IMG/VR virus record: IMGVR_UViG_3300021093_000006
Reading direction: 5' to 3' (one strand)
From: a virus
DNA length: 64,000 bases
Below are positions 26,045-36,111 of this stretch, in pieces. How positions within the stretch are numbered: position 1 is the stretch's first letter; each line of letters opens with the position of its first letter. The position numbers and the translations under genes were made by a program. Under the pieces are notes generated by a model. That model had not been told where the DNA came from, did no database searches, and saw only the letters and a list, made by a program, of their open reading frames with translations.

Positions 26045-28860
26045 CCTAATTCTTGAAAATAAAAGTAATTATTTAGATTACTAACTGGTTTAACTAAACT
26101 TTTACCTTGTTTATTTATATAACCAATTACCTCATTATATGGTGACCCTTCACCACATCTATTCTTTTTACCTTTAGGTCTTTTAACTCTTTCCTCAAAA
26201 TGTAAATGTCTACCCATAGATCCTCCCGTATTACCCTCAATACCTATAACAACACCAATATTTACTTTTTGACCTCCTACAAGATAAATTTTGTGTAAGT
26301 GAGCATATGCAGAATATGTTCCATCATTATGACGTATTTCTACTAAATTACCATACCCACCACATCGTCCCGCATAAGTAACTACTCCTGGTTTATTACA
26401 TACTATTAAACATTTATATCCAGAATAAGGCCCAACTATATCATAACCATGATGTGGTCTACCCCATCTATTTGCCGTTGGTGCTGAAGTTAATCTTGCT
26501 TTTGTAGGAATAGTAATTTTAGATCCCTTTTTAGGTTGGGTAATTACTTTAGGAGGTTTGTTCTCTTCTTCTTTTGAAGTTATTACAGTTACAAATTTTT
26601 CTTTTAAATCATCAGATACATGTGTAGCAACTTCATAACCATCCATATTTTCATATTTTTTAAGTCCACTATCATCTATTTTTCCACCTAAAGATCCCCT
26701 TCTATCAATTATATATTTTTTATTTACTGAATTTACCAATGGTACCTCAACTGTTAAACTATTACCAACTAAATTCATTTTAATCGATTTAACTACAGGT
26801 TTTAAATAATTTTCTTTTAAGTATTTATTTAACTCTAATGTTAATACATTTAAAAGTTGGTGTATGGTATCATTTTTACCTCCATTACCATGTTTCAGTA
26901 ATAATCCTGAACGTACACCTTTATATGTTATCTTAAATAAATCCGTTGATTTTTTTATTGTAATTTTAGGTACAGTAATATTATTTACTTTATTTTTACC
27001 ATCCCAAAAGGATTCTTTACCAAAATATGTCCAGCAATCGTAGTTAGGGCAATCATTCTCATCATTCCTACTATCAGGACTTTCATAATCATCACTTTTA
27101 CTACCAAGATTCCCACTACTTGATGATTCGTATCTACCATTTACTATCGGTAACGCCCCGTAATATCTTTTAGCCAACCCACTTTTAAATATATTTTTTT
27201 GTACTATAACCCCATTACCTGAACTCGCATGTATCATATCCACAGTCCCATCATTATTTACGTTATGCACAAAACCTACGTGACCTATTTTTCCTCCCGC
27301 TCTTGGGTTGAATACCAATATATCTCCTTTTTTAAGCCCACTTTTCTTACCAACATTTTTACCTAAAACTAATTTTTTTAAAACTGCGGATGTCTCTCTA
27401 CCATTATAAGGTGAAGTTATTCCTGGAACATTTCTTAAAACATTGTCTATTAAACCAGAACAATCTCCCCCTTTACCATCAAATTCTTTACCCCATATGT
27501 ATGGTTCACCTAATTTAGTTTCCGCATACTTTATAATTTTATTTCTTAGTTCCGTATCTTTTTTACTATCAACTACTTCTTCTCCAACACCAGGTTTTCC
27601 TAATTTAACCCATTCTTTTCCTTTATATTTAAATGCTAATTCAACGTAATCATTTACCTCCCCAGAAAGTTCTAAACCACTAAATTTTTCACAATTAGAT
27701 AATTTTCTATTAATATTATTTAATCTAGTTTCATCTGAATTAACCCATCTTCTGAAAGCATCCCCTTCTTTTTTATTACGAATATGTTCTTTAAAATATT
27801 TATATTCATTCGTAGTTAATGTACAATCTTCCTCAACAATTGTATTACCATCAGGTTTTGCAATTCTATTTACTAATAAGGTATTATTTAACCTAAGTAT
27901 ATCATGCACTAAACCACCTGTACCCCAAATTCTTAATTCCGATTTTTCTGAAGCAATTTCTAATGCAGTAATATTATCATTTTTTAATTTTCTAACAACA
28001 TTGGGGTATCTACCGTTGGTTAATGTTTCAACTGTGGCATTTAAACCTGAATCATATGTTTTATAATTCCTTACACCTGGAACCGTACCAGATGGACAAG
28101 TTCTACAATCAGTAGGTGTATACCCAACACCATTTTTTAAACAATTATAGTAACAACCTTCATTTTTACTATCTTTATGTGTTGTAGCGAATGGATTATA
28201 AGTAGACTCTGAACTTTCACCATCTCTCCAAGCAAAAAAGAATAACATTTTTTGACATGTAACTTTAGTGCCTAACTTTTTTAATATATCTTGATAAAAC
28301 CTAATGTCCATAGCTGGAGGTAATATCACTTTTCTTTTTTTACCTTTTGAATTAATACCGAAATTACACGCCTCTATTTCTTTATATACTTTTTCATCCT
28401 CATCTTCTATAACCGCAACATCACTATCATCTTCTATATCTGCAACATCACTATCATCTTCTATATCTGCAACATCATTATTATCTAAATCTACATCTGC
28501 AATATCATTATCTCCATCAGTATCTATACCACTATCAAAACCTAAATCATTTTTTAAAATTTTGTCTCTTGGGTTAGTACCATATTTAATATAATCAGAA
28601 ATAGCTTTTTCTATCATAGAAATTTCTTCTGACGTATATTCTTTAGCGTCTAAATAAACAATACCATCCTCTATCTTATCAACAAAAATATCTTTTTTGA
28701 TATTTTTTTCTTTAAAAATACCTGTTAAATAAACTAATGTAGCCAATATTTCATGACTAGTATCTTTCTCATCTTCTTTATTTCTAAAAATTATATGCTG
28801 CTCATTTAATAAATGAACTAATCTTTTATATTGTTTTTCATTAATTAAAATTCTTTTCAT
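26041..28860 (-). CDS. Multi-domain peptidoglycan hydrolase: lysozyme-like + NlpC/P60 + M23 peptidase
   Basis: YNPFATT/GVRNY..GL.AT..TL (lysozyme-like); YIWG..GDCSG..GHVG..IHASS (NlpC/P60); HHGYD..GYGN..YAHL..HLHFE (M23). Confidence 0.85.
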   Translation of the reverse strand: MKRILINEKQYKRLVHLLNEQHIIFRNKEDEKDTSHEILATLVYLTGIFKEKNIKKDIFVDKIEDGIVYLDAKEYTSEEISMIEKAISDYIKYGTNPRDKILKNDLGFDSGIDTDGDNDIADVDLDNNDVADIEDDSDVADIEDDSDVAVIEDEDEKVYKEIEACNFGINSKGKKRKVILPPAMDIRFYQDILKKLGTKVTCQKMLFFFAWRDGESSESTYNPFATTHKDSKNEGCYYNCLKNGVGYTPTDCRTCPSGTVPGVRNYKTYDSGLNATVETLTNGRYPNVVRKLKNDNITALEIASEKSELRIWGTGGLVHDILRLNNTLLVNRIAKPDGNTIVEEDCTLTTNEYKYFKEHIRNKKEGDAFRRWVNSDETRLNNINRKLSNCEKFSGLELSGEVNDYVELAFKYKGKEWVKLGKPGVGEEVVDSKKDTELRNKIIKYAETKLGEPYIWGKEFDGKGGDCSGLIDNVLRNVPGITSPYNGRETSAVLKKLVLGKNVGKKSGLKKGDILVFNPRAGGKIGHVGFVHNVNNDGTVDMIHASSGNGVIVQKNIFKSGLAKRYYGALPIVNGRYESSSSGNLGSKSDDYESPDSRNDENDCPNYDCWTYFGKESFWDGKNKVNNITVPKITIKKSTDLFKITYKGVRSGLLLKHGNGGKNDTIHQLLNVLTLELNKYLKENYLKPVVKSIKMNLVGNSLTVEVPLVNSVNKKYIIDRRGSLGGKIDDSGLKKYENMDGYEVATHVSDDLKEKFVTVITSKEEENKPPKVITQPKKGSKITIPTKARLTSAPTANRWGRPHHGYDIVGPYSGYKCLIVCNKPGVVTYAGRCGGYGNLVEIRHNDGTYSAYAHLHKIYLVGGQKVNIGVVIGIEGNTGGSMGRHLHFEERVKRPKGKKNRCGEGSPYNEVIGYINKQGKSLVKPVSNLNNYFYFQELG
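28402..28482 (-). repeat. Three 27-nt tandem repeats encoding acidic DSDVADIED units
   Basis: ATCTTCTATATCTGCAACATCACTATC x3 with few substitutions. Confidence 0.9.
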
Positions 28861-29768
28861 ATTACAGTTATTAATCTTAATAATTTTCTTTTAAATGTTT
28901 CACCAGTTATTTTAAATTTTTTATCAATATCATTTAAAAATTTATCAATAGATTTTATTTTAGGTAATCTACCATCAATATGGTAAAAACACATAATCAT
29001 ATTGTAAAGTTTACTTTTTCTATCATTAGTTAAATTTTCAATTTCAGATAAATAATCGATTTTATTAAAATTTAACATCGTTTCAACGTATGAATAAATT
29101 GGTAAATTTTTTAAATATAATAAAAATTCATTATTATCTTTTGGTTCTAATTTAGAAATCATTGTAGCTGCTTGTTGGACAAATGAATTTATTTCAAAAG
29201 ATTGTGTTACATATAATAAATATCCTATCCTATCTACTGCGTCCCCATTAATATCCCCTTCTTTATATACATCTTCACAACCTTTTATTTCTTTAGGGGT
29301 TTCCAAATTTCTTTGCAACCATTCATATACATGCATAAATTCATGAGACAAAAATGAAGAAAAATAATAATGTAAAGTATCATATTCAATATCCGATCTA
29401 TTTATAGGTAAATTCATCACCACATCAAATTCTACATCTAAAATATTATAAGTGTTGTCATCATTTTCTACTACTTGCGTATAATATGGATTATATCCCA
29501 TATTAATATCCGCCGAATCACCCTCAATATCATTGATTATTACAGTCATAATAATACTATCTATTGGAATTTCTTCGTAAAAATTTTTATTTTTAAGTTT
29601 TAAAGATAATTTTTTTAATGTGTAAACATCTTCTACTACATCTTGTTTAATTATTAAAGGTAATAATTCATCAGTGACATAATCCGCCCAATTTTCAACT
29701 GTTTTAGAGTAACCTCTAGTTTCATTAATGACTTTATTATACTGACTTCTATTTACAATTATCTTCAT
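28857..29768 (-). CDS. Putative zinc metalloprotease (HExxH)
   Basis: SHEFMH followed by a downstream Glu in FEINSF. Confidence 0.55.
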   Translation of the reverse strand: MKIIVNRSQYNKVINETRGYSKTVENWADYVTDELLPLIIKQDVVEDVYTLKKLSLKLKNKNFYEEIPIDSIIMTVIINDIEGDSADINMGYNPYYTQVVENDDNTYNILDVEFDVVMNLPINRSDIEYDTLHYYFSSFLSHEFMHVYEWLQRNLETPKEIKGCEDVYKEGDINGDAVDRIGYLLYVTQSFEINSFVQQAATMISKLEPKDNNEFLLYLKNLPIYSYVETMLNFNKIDYLSEIENLTNDRKSKLYNMIMCFYHIDGRLPKIKSIDKFLNDIDKKFKITGETFKRKLLRLITVI

Positions 29769-29822
29769 TATAAGTATACTTTAATAATAAATATCAATTT
29801 TTTTAATAAAAAAGTAATCATT

Positions 29823-30143
29823 ATGGAATTATTATTATTAATTTTAGTTAGTTATGGGATTTCTAACATTATTGTTTATGGGACTATTTTTGAAGGTTTA
29901 AGAGAAACTGCGGAAATTTATAGCCCTAACTTTTTTGGTAAACTTTTAGGTTGTATGATGTGTACACCTTGGTGGGTAGGTTTTTTCTTATCGTTGATAT
30001 CACAAATTAGTGGTTTTACTCAATTTTCACCTTTTTATCATTATGGTTTGGAATTTGCTCCGTTATCTATTTTCTTAGATGCTTGTTTAATTTCAGGAAC
30101 AACTTGGTTGATTCATACTATACAAGAAAAATTAGAGGTATAA
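29823..30143 (+). CDS. DUF1360-like membrane protein
   Basis: LLGCMMCTPWWVG and TM helices. Confidence 0.7.
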   Translation: MELLLLILVSYGISNIIVYGTIFEGLRETAEIYSPNFFGKLLGCMMCTPWWVGFFLSLISQISGFTQFSPFYHYGLEFAPLSIFLDACLISGTTWLIHTIQEKLEV

Positions 30144-30145
30144 AA

Positions 30146-30169
30146 AAAGAGGGATTAAACTCCCTCTTT
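30146..30169. terminator. Bidirectional terminator between convergent genes
   Basis: AAAGAGGGA-6nt-TCCCTCTTT. Confidence 0.7.
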
Positions 30170-30613
30170 CTCTTCTTCCACAATCTTATCGTTTGTAGGT
30201 GGTAATTCCACACCATTATGTAATTTTGGTGTTTTACTAATGTCTTTTAATGTAGGTTCATTAACTGTTTCTATAATAAACTTTAGTTTTTCTAATTCAG
30301 ATAAAGATTTTTCACTAAATAAAATTTTAAGTTCTTCTATCTTAGCCTTCAATAATGACAACTTATTTTCTTTTTCTATATTAAAATCAATTACAAATTG
30401 TACATGATCAATAACACTGTCAATAGTTCCACCATTTTGTTGTGGAAATACCATAAAATAATTTTTATTGTTATTACTAGGCTTATAGGAAACAGTATCA
30501 GATTCAAACATATCCCAACCATCTAAGAATACCACATCCACAACAGGTAAATCTTTTACAAATCTTATACCCGTCACATAAGGTCTCATTTCGTTTAACT
30601 TGTCGTGAAACAT
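30155..30613 (-). CDS. Hypothetical protein
   Basis: 152-aa ORF. Confidence 0.75.
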   Translation of the reverse strand: MFHDKLNEMRPYVTGIRFVKDLPVVDVVFLDGWDMFESDTVSYKPSNNNKNYFMVFPQQNGGTIDSVIDHVQFVIDFNIEKENKLSLLKAKIEELKILFSEKSLSELEKLKFIIETVNEPTLKDISKTPKLHNGVELPPTNDKIVEEEKEGV

Positions 30614-30615
30614 TT

Positions 30616-30807
30616 TTATTTTATTAATACTGTTATTATTGAAGTTATGAAATAAGAAATAGATATACCTAAAACAAATAAAGGTATTTTATCCATCACA
30701 AATCTTTCTTCCGTTCTAATATTTCTAATTAGAAAAAATAAATTTCTAAAAATATTTAATGTAGAAAGGATGAAAAAAAACAAATAAATGTTATTAAGTA
30801 TATCCAT
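30616..30807 (-). CDS. Small two-TM membrane protein
   Basis: Two hydrophobic helices. Confidence 0.65.
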   Translation of the reverse strand: MDILNNIYLFFFILSTLNIFRNLFFLIRNIRTEERFVMDKIPLFVLGISISYFITSIITVLIK

Positions 30808-30813
30808 ATCAAA

Positions 30814-30996
30814 TTATGCGTTAACTTCTGTTTTTTTATTAGAAACATCAACTCTAATATCCTGACAAAGATTTTTAATATCCTGACAAGTTTTTCTTAC
30901 TCTAGTACCTGCAGCTTTGTTCCCTTTGTCATAAAATTTAGTAACATCTTCATTAAGTTCTGTAACTAATTTAACTAATTGTTCGTACAATTCCAT
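30814..30996 (-). CDS. Histone H1-like Hc1-family small DNA-binding protein
   Basis: KFYDKGNKAAGTRVRK...IK..CQDIR motif. Confidence 0.75.
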   Translation of the reverse strand: MELYEQLVKLVTELNEDVTKFYDKGNKAAGTRVRKTCQDIKNLCQDIRVDVSNKKTEVNA

Positions 30997-31007
30997 TTTA
31001 ATTTATT

Positions 31008-31250
31008 TTAAACATTGTTATTATTTTCAGTTTTATCTTCCAAACCACCCAAAGTAGTTAAATAATCACTTAACATTTGTATTTTATGATTTGTAATAGT
31101 GATTTGTGTTAACGTACTGTCAAACTCATTTTTCTTAATAGAAACATTTTCTTCTTTGTTTAAGATTCTATTTAATTCGAGTTCTAAGGTATCTCTTTGG
31201 GATACTAAATCAGATAAAACTATTTCCAAAAACTTTATTTTTGTATTCAT
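31008..31250 (-). CDS. Coiled-coil hypothetical protein
   Basis: 80-aa heptad pattern. Confidence 0.7.
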   Translation of the reverse strand: MNTKIKFLEIVLSDLVSQRDTLELELNRILNKEENVSIKKNEFDSTLTQITITNHKIQMLSDYLTTLGGLEDKTENNNNV

Positions 31251-31289
31251 ATGATACCATTATAATGAAAAAAACATTAAAAATCAATA

Positions 31290-31757
31290 CTAAATCGTAT
31301 TTTTTATTTTTTCATTTAAACTTTTTTCAAATAATCTATAAAGTTCTATCATAATATCCATATCTGATCTAGACTTCAACCTATAAAATTTGAATGATAG
31401 TTCTGGTAGGTTGTCTATTTTTTCTATATTTTTGTCTTTATCTTTATAAAATAATTCATCATAAAAAAAGAAAAAATAATCTTTTAAATCATCAATATTA
31501 TCAAAGATTATTTTTTCCTTCTTAAAGTTTTCTATAACTGTTTTAAAACACCAATTATAATGTTCTAATTTTTGATTTTCGTTTATAATGTATTCATCAC
31601 CTAAATAGGTATCAACAATTAACTTATTTAATGTTTTAATGACATCATAATATAAATTACATTTATCGTATTTTACATCATTTGCCTTATATAATAAATT
31701 AATTTGTTCATATGTTAACGGATCAATCATATAACTCATAAATTCAAAACTATTCAT
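31290..31757 (-). CDS. Hypothetical protein
   Basis: 155-aa ORF. Confidence 0.75.
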   Translation of the reverse strand: MNSFEFMSYMIDPLTYEQINLLYKANDVKYDKCNLYYDVIKTLNKLIVDTYLGDEYIINENQKLEHYNWCFKTVIENFKKEKIIFDNIDDLKDYFFFFYDELFYKDKDKNIEKIDNLPELSFKFYRLKSRSDMDIMIELYRLFEKSLNEKIKNTI

Positions 31758-31784
31758 AAAACAATAATAATGTAATTTAAAAAA

Positions 31785-32663
31785 TTATAAAGATAATAAC
31801 ATATCAATTAATTCCTGTTGTGGGAACATATCCACTTTACCTCTCATAACATTTGTATGTGACCACATACCTTTTTTACTTTCAGCCATTTTAACATCAC
31901 ACACATCAAACGCATCTGCACCTTTTGTTTTAATTAATTCAACTAAACCTACTTTAGGATCAATACCATCTCTATTTGCAATATAAATTATCCAATTTTT
32001 CAAAACATTTAATTGTTCATCTGAATATTTATGCCAAAACTGATACCCTCTAAATGGTTTAGCCAATTTTACCACTTGTGATGAATGTGCTGGTGTACCT
32101 ACATAAGTTTTATTATTTACTAAATAACCAAAATTACACACCTCAATACCTACAGAATTTCTATGCATTGGCGAATTACCAGTTCCAGTATGCCAACCAT
32201 AACCTCCTTCAGGAAATGCTTGCACCAAAACTCCGTCATGTTTTGATGATCCGTCTTTTACGTTTTGACCACCTAAAATAAATTCTGTTGCAATTCTACC
32301 CCTAGTGTCTCTACCCCAAACATCAACTACAGTATAAGGATTTTCCCAACCAGCAGTATGATGTAAGAATATCCATTCTTTTTTGGTTGGTCCCGCAAAA
32401 TATTCTGTCGGAGGTAAAAAATATTTTTTTATCTCTAACCCTTTACTAACACTTAAATTTTCATTTAAATCAGTAGTTAAAATACCCATATGTGACCAAG
32501 TTTTTGGCCCAACTACACCATCAACTATCAACCCATTCTTTTTTTGGTATGATTTTACTGCATTTTCAGTTTTTGTCCCAAAATCACCATCAACAGTGAT
32601 TTTTAAAAACTCTTGTAATGTTTTAACAGATTCACCTTTACTTCCTTTTTTTAAAACTTCCAT
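31785..32663 (-). CDS. Endolysin: PG-binding domain + Amidase_2
   Basis: LKKGSKGESVKTLQ..VDGDFG..T..AVK.YQ..DGVVGP.TW; LHHTAG, SVGIE, SHTNV..KVD. Confidence 0.9.
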   Translation of the reverse strand: MEVLKKGSKGESVKTLQEFLKITVDGDFGTKTENAVKSYQKKNGLIVDGVVGPKTWSHMGILTTDLNENLSVSKGLEIKKYFLPPTEYFAGPTKKEWIFLHHTAGWENPYTVVDVWGRDTRGRIATEFILGGQNVKDGSSKHDGVLVQAFPEGGYGWHTGTGNSPMHRNSVGIEVCNFGYLVNNKTYVGTPAHSSQVVKLAKPFRGYQFWHKYSDEQLNVLKNWIIYIANRDGIDPKVGLVELIKTKGADAFDVCDVKMAESKKGMWSHTNVMRGKVDMFPQQELIDMLLSL

Positions 32664-32682
32664 TTTTTTATTTTTTTTATTG

Positions 32683-33288
32683 TTATTTTATATCAGTTGA
32701 TTCTAATAAAGTATAAGAAAATTTATTTCCATGAATTTTTGCAGCTTTCTTACATATTTTCATAAACTCATCAAAATCCTTTACTCTTTTAAATACTTGA
32801 CAACCTTCTGACCAATTTTCTACCCAAGTTGAGTCTTGTCCTGCCTTATGTATATTAATCCCAAACATTCCTGTATCTTTTACAACCTCATCAAATACCA
32901 AATCTCTATTCCCATCTCTCCAAACAGTAACATTATTTAGTCTTTGACAAAGTGCGTCATATTTACCTTGATGTTTATCAACCGCCCAAGTAGTTCTATA
33001 TTGTCCAGTTACTAATCTAGCTACACCTTTCTTATTATGAAATTGTTGAACCCCTTTTTTACCTGGATCAGTAGTAGCTTGCCAACAATAGAATTGCCAT
33101 ACCCCTTTTTCATCTTTAAATGATATAGTGATATAATCATCAAATACGTTGGTTACTTTTTTATAAACCGCAGGTGAGGTGTTTCTCACACCAATAATGT
33201 TAACATCAAATCCTTTTCCCGAATCATCATTAAACCATTTATACCCTTTAGACTCAACTGTTGTTTTTATTTGTTCTCTTGTATACAT
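32683..33288 (-). CDS. L,D-transpeptidase (YkuD)-like protein
   Basis: GINIHKAG...WSEGCQV catalytic His/Cys pattern. Confidence 0.6.
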   Translation of the reverse strand: MYTREQIKTTVESKGYKWFNDDSGKGFDVNIIGVRNTSPAVYKKVTNVFDDYITISFKDEKGVWQFYCWQATTDPGKKGVQQFHNKKGVARLVTGQYRTTWAVDKHQGKYDALCQRLNNVTVWRDGNRDLVFDEVVKDTGMFGINIHKAGQDSTWVENWSEGCQVFKRVKDFDEFMKICKKAAKIHGNKFSYTLLESTDIK

Positions 33289-33300
33289 AACTTTTTAATT

Positions 33301-34056
33301 TTAATTATTATTTTTATATTCCATATACCCCTCAATTATCCACATATCTTCTAAAATAATATCTTCTATATGTATAAATAATTCATTAAAGTATTTTTCC
33401 ATCTCTGGATTTGAAAGGTTTTTTGGTGTCGGTATATTGATGTGTCCACCATCTAATACTTCATCATATTGACCACCTTTCATTTTTATGTTTTTTGCGT
33501 TATAAATCGCAAAATCATCATCGTGAGTTATTAAATCCCAACCTATACCTTTTTCATTATCTTTAAAAATGCCAGAATATACTACTGCATTTGGTAAAGT
33601 GTCGGAATTTAAGTATATTATAATAGAATATGTTTCTTCTGCGATTTGATCTTGTAAATCGAACATAGTACCAAATTTCCACTCCCCACCATCAACTTTA
33701 AGTAATGTAGTTTCATTATAATGATCATAATAATATTTTAAAATTAGTGCCGATAATAAATCTTTATCATTTATATCTAATACACCATATTCGATACCAC
33801 CCATCTCATCTTTAAACAAAATATCTTTATACTTTTCAAAAAATTTATATAAAGAATATAATTTGTCTAAATCATTTACACCTGTCATATCAGAAACTTT
33901 AATTATTTTTTCCCCGTCAGTTAAATCAAAAGTTCCTACTGAATATGTGTTTTTATCATCGTCAACAACATTAAAAGTTTTTAAAATTGCCTTTTCTAGT
34001 TTAGATATTTTTAATGTATCTATAATTGATTCTGTTATTAATTTTTTAAACTTCAT
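33301..34056 (-). CDS. Hypothetical protein, possibly head-internal
   Basis: KKLITE N-terminus; TATTTAT at 34061-34067. Confidence 0.7.
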   Translation of the reverse strand: MKFKKLITESIIDTLKISKLEKAILKTFNVVDDDKNTYSVGTFDLTDGEKIIKVSDMTGVNDLDKLYSLYKFFEKYKDILFKDEMGGIEYGVLDINDKDLLSALILKYYYDHYNETTLLKVDGGEWKFGTMFDLQDQIAEETYSIIIYLNSDTLPNAVVYSGIFKDNEKGIGWDLITHDDDFAIYNAKNIKMKGGQYDEVLDGGHINIPTPKNLSNPEMEKYFNELFIHIEDIILEDMWIIEGYMEYKNNN

Positions 34057-34082
34057 ATTAATAAATATTGTTTAAAATAAAA

Positions 34083-34105
34083 AAGGTGTCCATATAAGAC
34101 ACCTT
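34083..34105. terminator. Intrinsic terminator
   Basis: AAGGTGTC-7nt-GACACCTT. Confidence 0.7.
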
Positions 34106-34124
34106 AGTTATAATTATTTTTTTT

Positions 34125-34439
34125 TCATAACTTAAGATCGTTTTTAACATTCATAGATATAATATAATCCATTAAATTACGAACTAAAGAATCTGCATCA
34201 ACTTTTTTATATAATTCAGGGTATCTTTCTTCAAGTATTTTATTTTCTTCGTATTCTCTACAACTTGAAAGAATGTCTGACAACATTGATTTTAACATAT
34301 GTTCTTTGTCATATGTATCTTCAACCTTTCTTTCTAATATTTGTCCTTCAAGTTCTTGTGTATAATCAATAAGTTCCTGAACTTCAGGTTTGTCTAAAAG
34401 ACCAGGATTTCTACGAAAAAGTTGTTTTATGTTTTTCAT
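34125..34439 (-). CDS. Hypothetical protein, paralog of 5593-5901
   Basis: Start moved to MKNIKQ; PEVQELIDY motif. Confidence 0.75.
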   Translation of the reverse strand: MKNIKQLFRRNPGLLDKPEVQELIDYTQELEGQILERKVEDTYDKEHMLKSMLSDILSSCREYEENKILEERYPELYKKVDADSLVRNLMDYIISMNVKNDLKL

Positions 34440-34470
34440 AAAAACAAAAATACAAAAAAATAATGAAATA

Positions 34471-34508
34471 AAAACCCCCACCTGTTTAGAGATGGGGGAT
34501 TTTTTTAT
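34471..34508. terminator. Bidirectional terminator
   Basis: CCCCCA/TGGGGG stem with A and T runs. Confidence 0.7.
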
Positions 34509-34611
34509 TTTAAAATTATTATTGGGTTACCGGATTGAAACTTATTGTTCCGTAATTTTTTGTTTTTCTTCTTGTGAAATGTTATTTAATATGTGTTTCA
34601 TAATAATTTTA

Positions 34612-35679
34612 TTATATTTTTTGAGATCTAATTGCTAGTAATCCATTTTTGAAATTTATGTCTGTTATTTTGTTGATTGAGTTATCGTCATAACTTTCAG
34701 ACTTACCTGTTTTTATGTCTCTTAATGTGATACTAAAATTACCCTTAAGATTTCCAATCGCATCAATAACATAATCAACTTTTACCCCATTTTTTGTTAG
34801 TGACACATTTGATCCAATGTCATATATTTCATTGACTAATCTTCTTTGTTCCAATAACATATTTTTTTCTTGTTCAAATAAAGTTTTAAACTTATTAGTT
34901 TCTTCATTATAGTTATTTGTTTTACCCATAGAATCTTCATAAGAATAATTGAATAATTTTTTCATTTTATTCATATCCTCATTAATCATGTTTTTGTTTT
35001 TGTACGATATAGTTGTACCTTCATTAATTGAATCGTCCCATCTAAGTTTAAAAGTTTGGTTACCATCAGTCATTAAAAATACATGTCCATCATACTTGTA
35101 ATGTTCTGGAATAAGTTTTTTCATATCATATTCAGATGTAAACTCATTTTTAAAATTTAATCTTTTCATTTTTTTTGTTTTTGATTCGTTTGTTACTCTA
35201 ACTTTTGGAGTATAGTGGTATTCCTCTGGTTTTTCGTATTTATGTTTTATATATTTATTACTATTATCTATTAATGTTTCATAAGTGTCATCTTCTTCAT
35301 CTGTTTCACCAAATCCATCATAAGTTCCAAAATTTTCATCATATTCTGAAGTATCATTTAATTTATCCATTCTTTCAGAAAAAGATTTAAAAACTTCAGT
35401 ATCTTCATTATCATATTTTAAACTTGACATTTTACCAGCACCTAAATCTTCTATTTCATAAGCCTCTTCATAATCTGATCGATTATATTTAGGTGTTTTG
35501 AAATCTTCTTTATTGTCAAAATGATAATAGTCAGATAATTTTTTATTAAAATCTTTTAATGCATCAGTATTAATTTCACCACTTTTAGATCTAGCACCCA
35601 TTGCGGTTGATAATCCAGCAACTTCTCTATTTTCTTTAATAGTGATTTTTGTTTTTTTAGTTAAGAATTTTCTTTCCAT
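34612..35679 (-). CDS. Hypothetical protein, probable virion/head component
   Basis: 355 aa, acidic N-half; TATTTAT upstream. Confidence 0.7.
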   Translation of the reverse strand: MERKFLTKKTKITIKENREVAGLSTAMGARSKSGEINTDALKDFNKKLSDYYHFDNKEDFKTPKYNRSDYEEAYEIEDLGAGKMSSLKYDNEDTEVFKSFSERMDKLNDTSEYDENFGTYDGFGETDEEDDTYETLIDNSNKYIKHKYEKPEEYHYTPKVRVTNESKTKKMKRLNFKNEFTSEYDMKKLIPEHYKYDGHVFLMTDGNQTFKLRWDDSINEGTTISYKNKNMINEDMNKMKKLFNYSYEDSMGKTNNYNEETNKFKTLFEQEKNMLLEQRRLVNEIYDIGSNVSLTKNGVKVDYVIDAIGNLKGNFSITLRDIKTGKSESYDDNSINKITDINFKNGLLAIRSQKI

Positions 35680-35771
35680 TTTCTTTTTTATTAATAAATA
35701 TCACTTTTTTATAAAAAAATTTGGCAGATTAAAATATTATATATATATTTGTTTATATAAAATCAAACACT

Positions 35772-36068
35772 ATGAAAAAATTAATCTTAATTATCGGAAT
35801 CGTTTTATCAACTAGTCTATTTGTTAGTTGTAATAATCCTAAGAAAATTTATTTAAATGATTCTAATTTAAAATCACCTAATACATCAACGGTTGTTGAA
35901 GACAGTACTAAAGTACCTGGATATGATAGAGCACAAAGAGCCTTCTACTGGTACCTTATGTCATTACCCGAAAAAAAACGTCAAGAATGGGTTAATGGTA
36001 GTTATTCAGAAAAAGAATTAAATAATTTTACTGATACCATAGATTATAAACATATTAACATTAAATAA
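35772..36068 (+). CDS. Lipoprotein
   Basis: Lipobox FVSC; TATATTTG promoter at 35744-35751. Confidence 0.8.
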   Translation: MKKLILIIGIVLSTSLFVSCNNPKKIYLNDSNLKSPNTSTVVEDSTKVPGYDRAQRAFYWYLMSLPEKKRQEWVNGSYSEKELNNFTDTIDYKHINIK

Positions 36069-36111
36069 AAAAATTGGGGAATTCCACAATTTTTTTATTG
36101 TAGTAAGTTTA

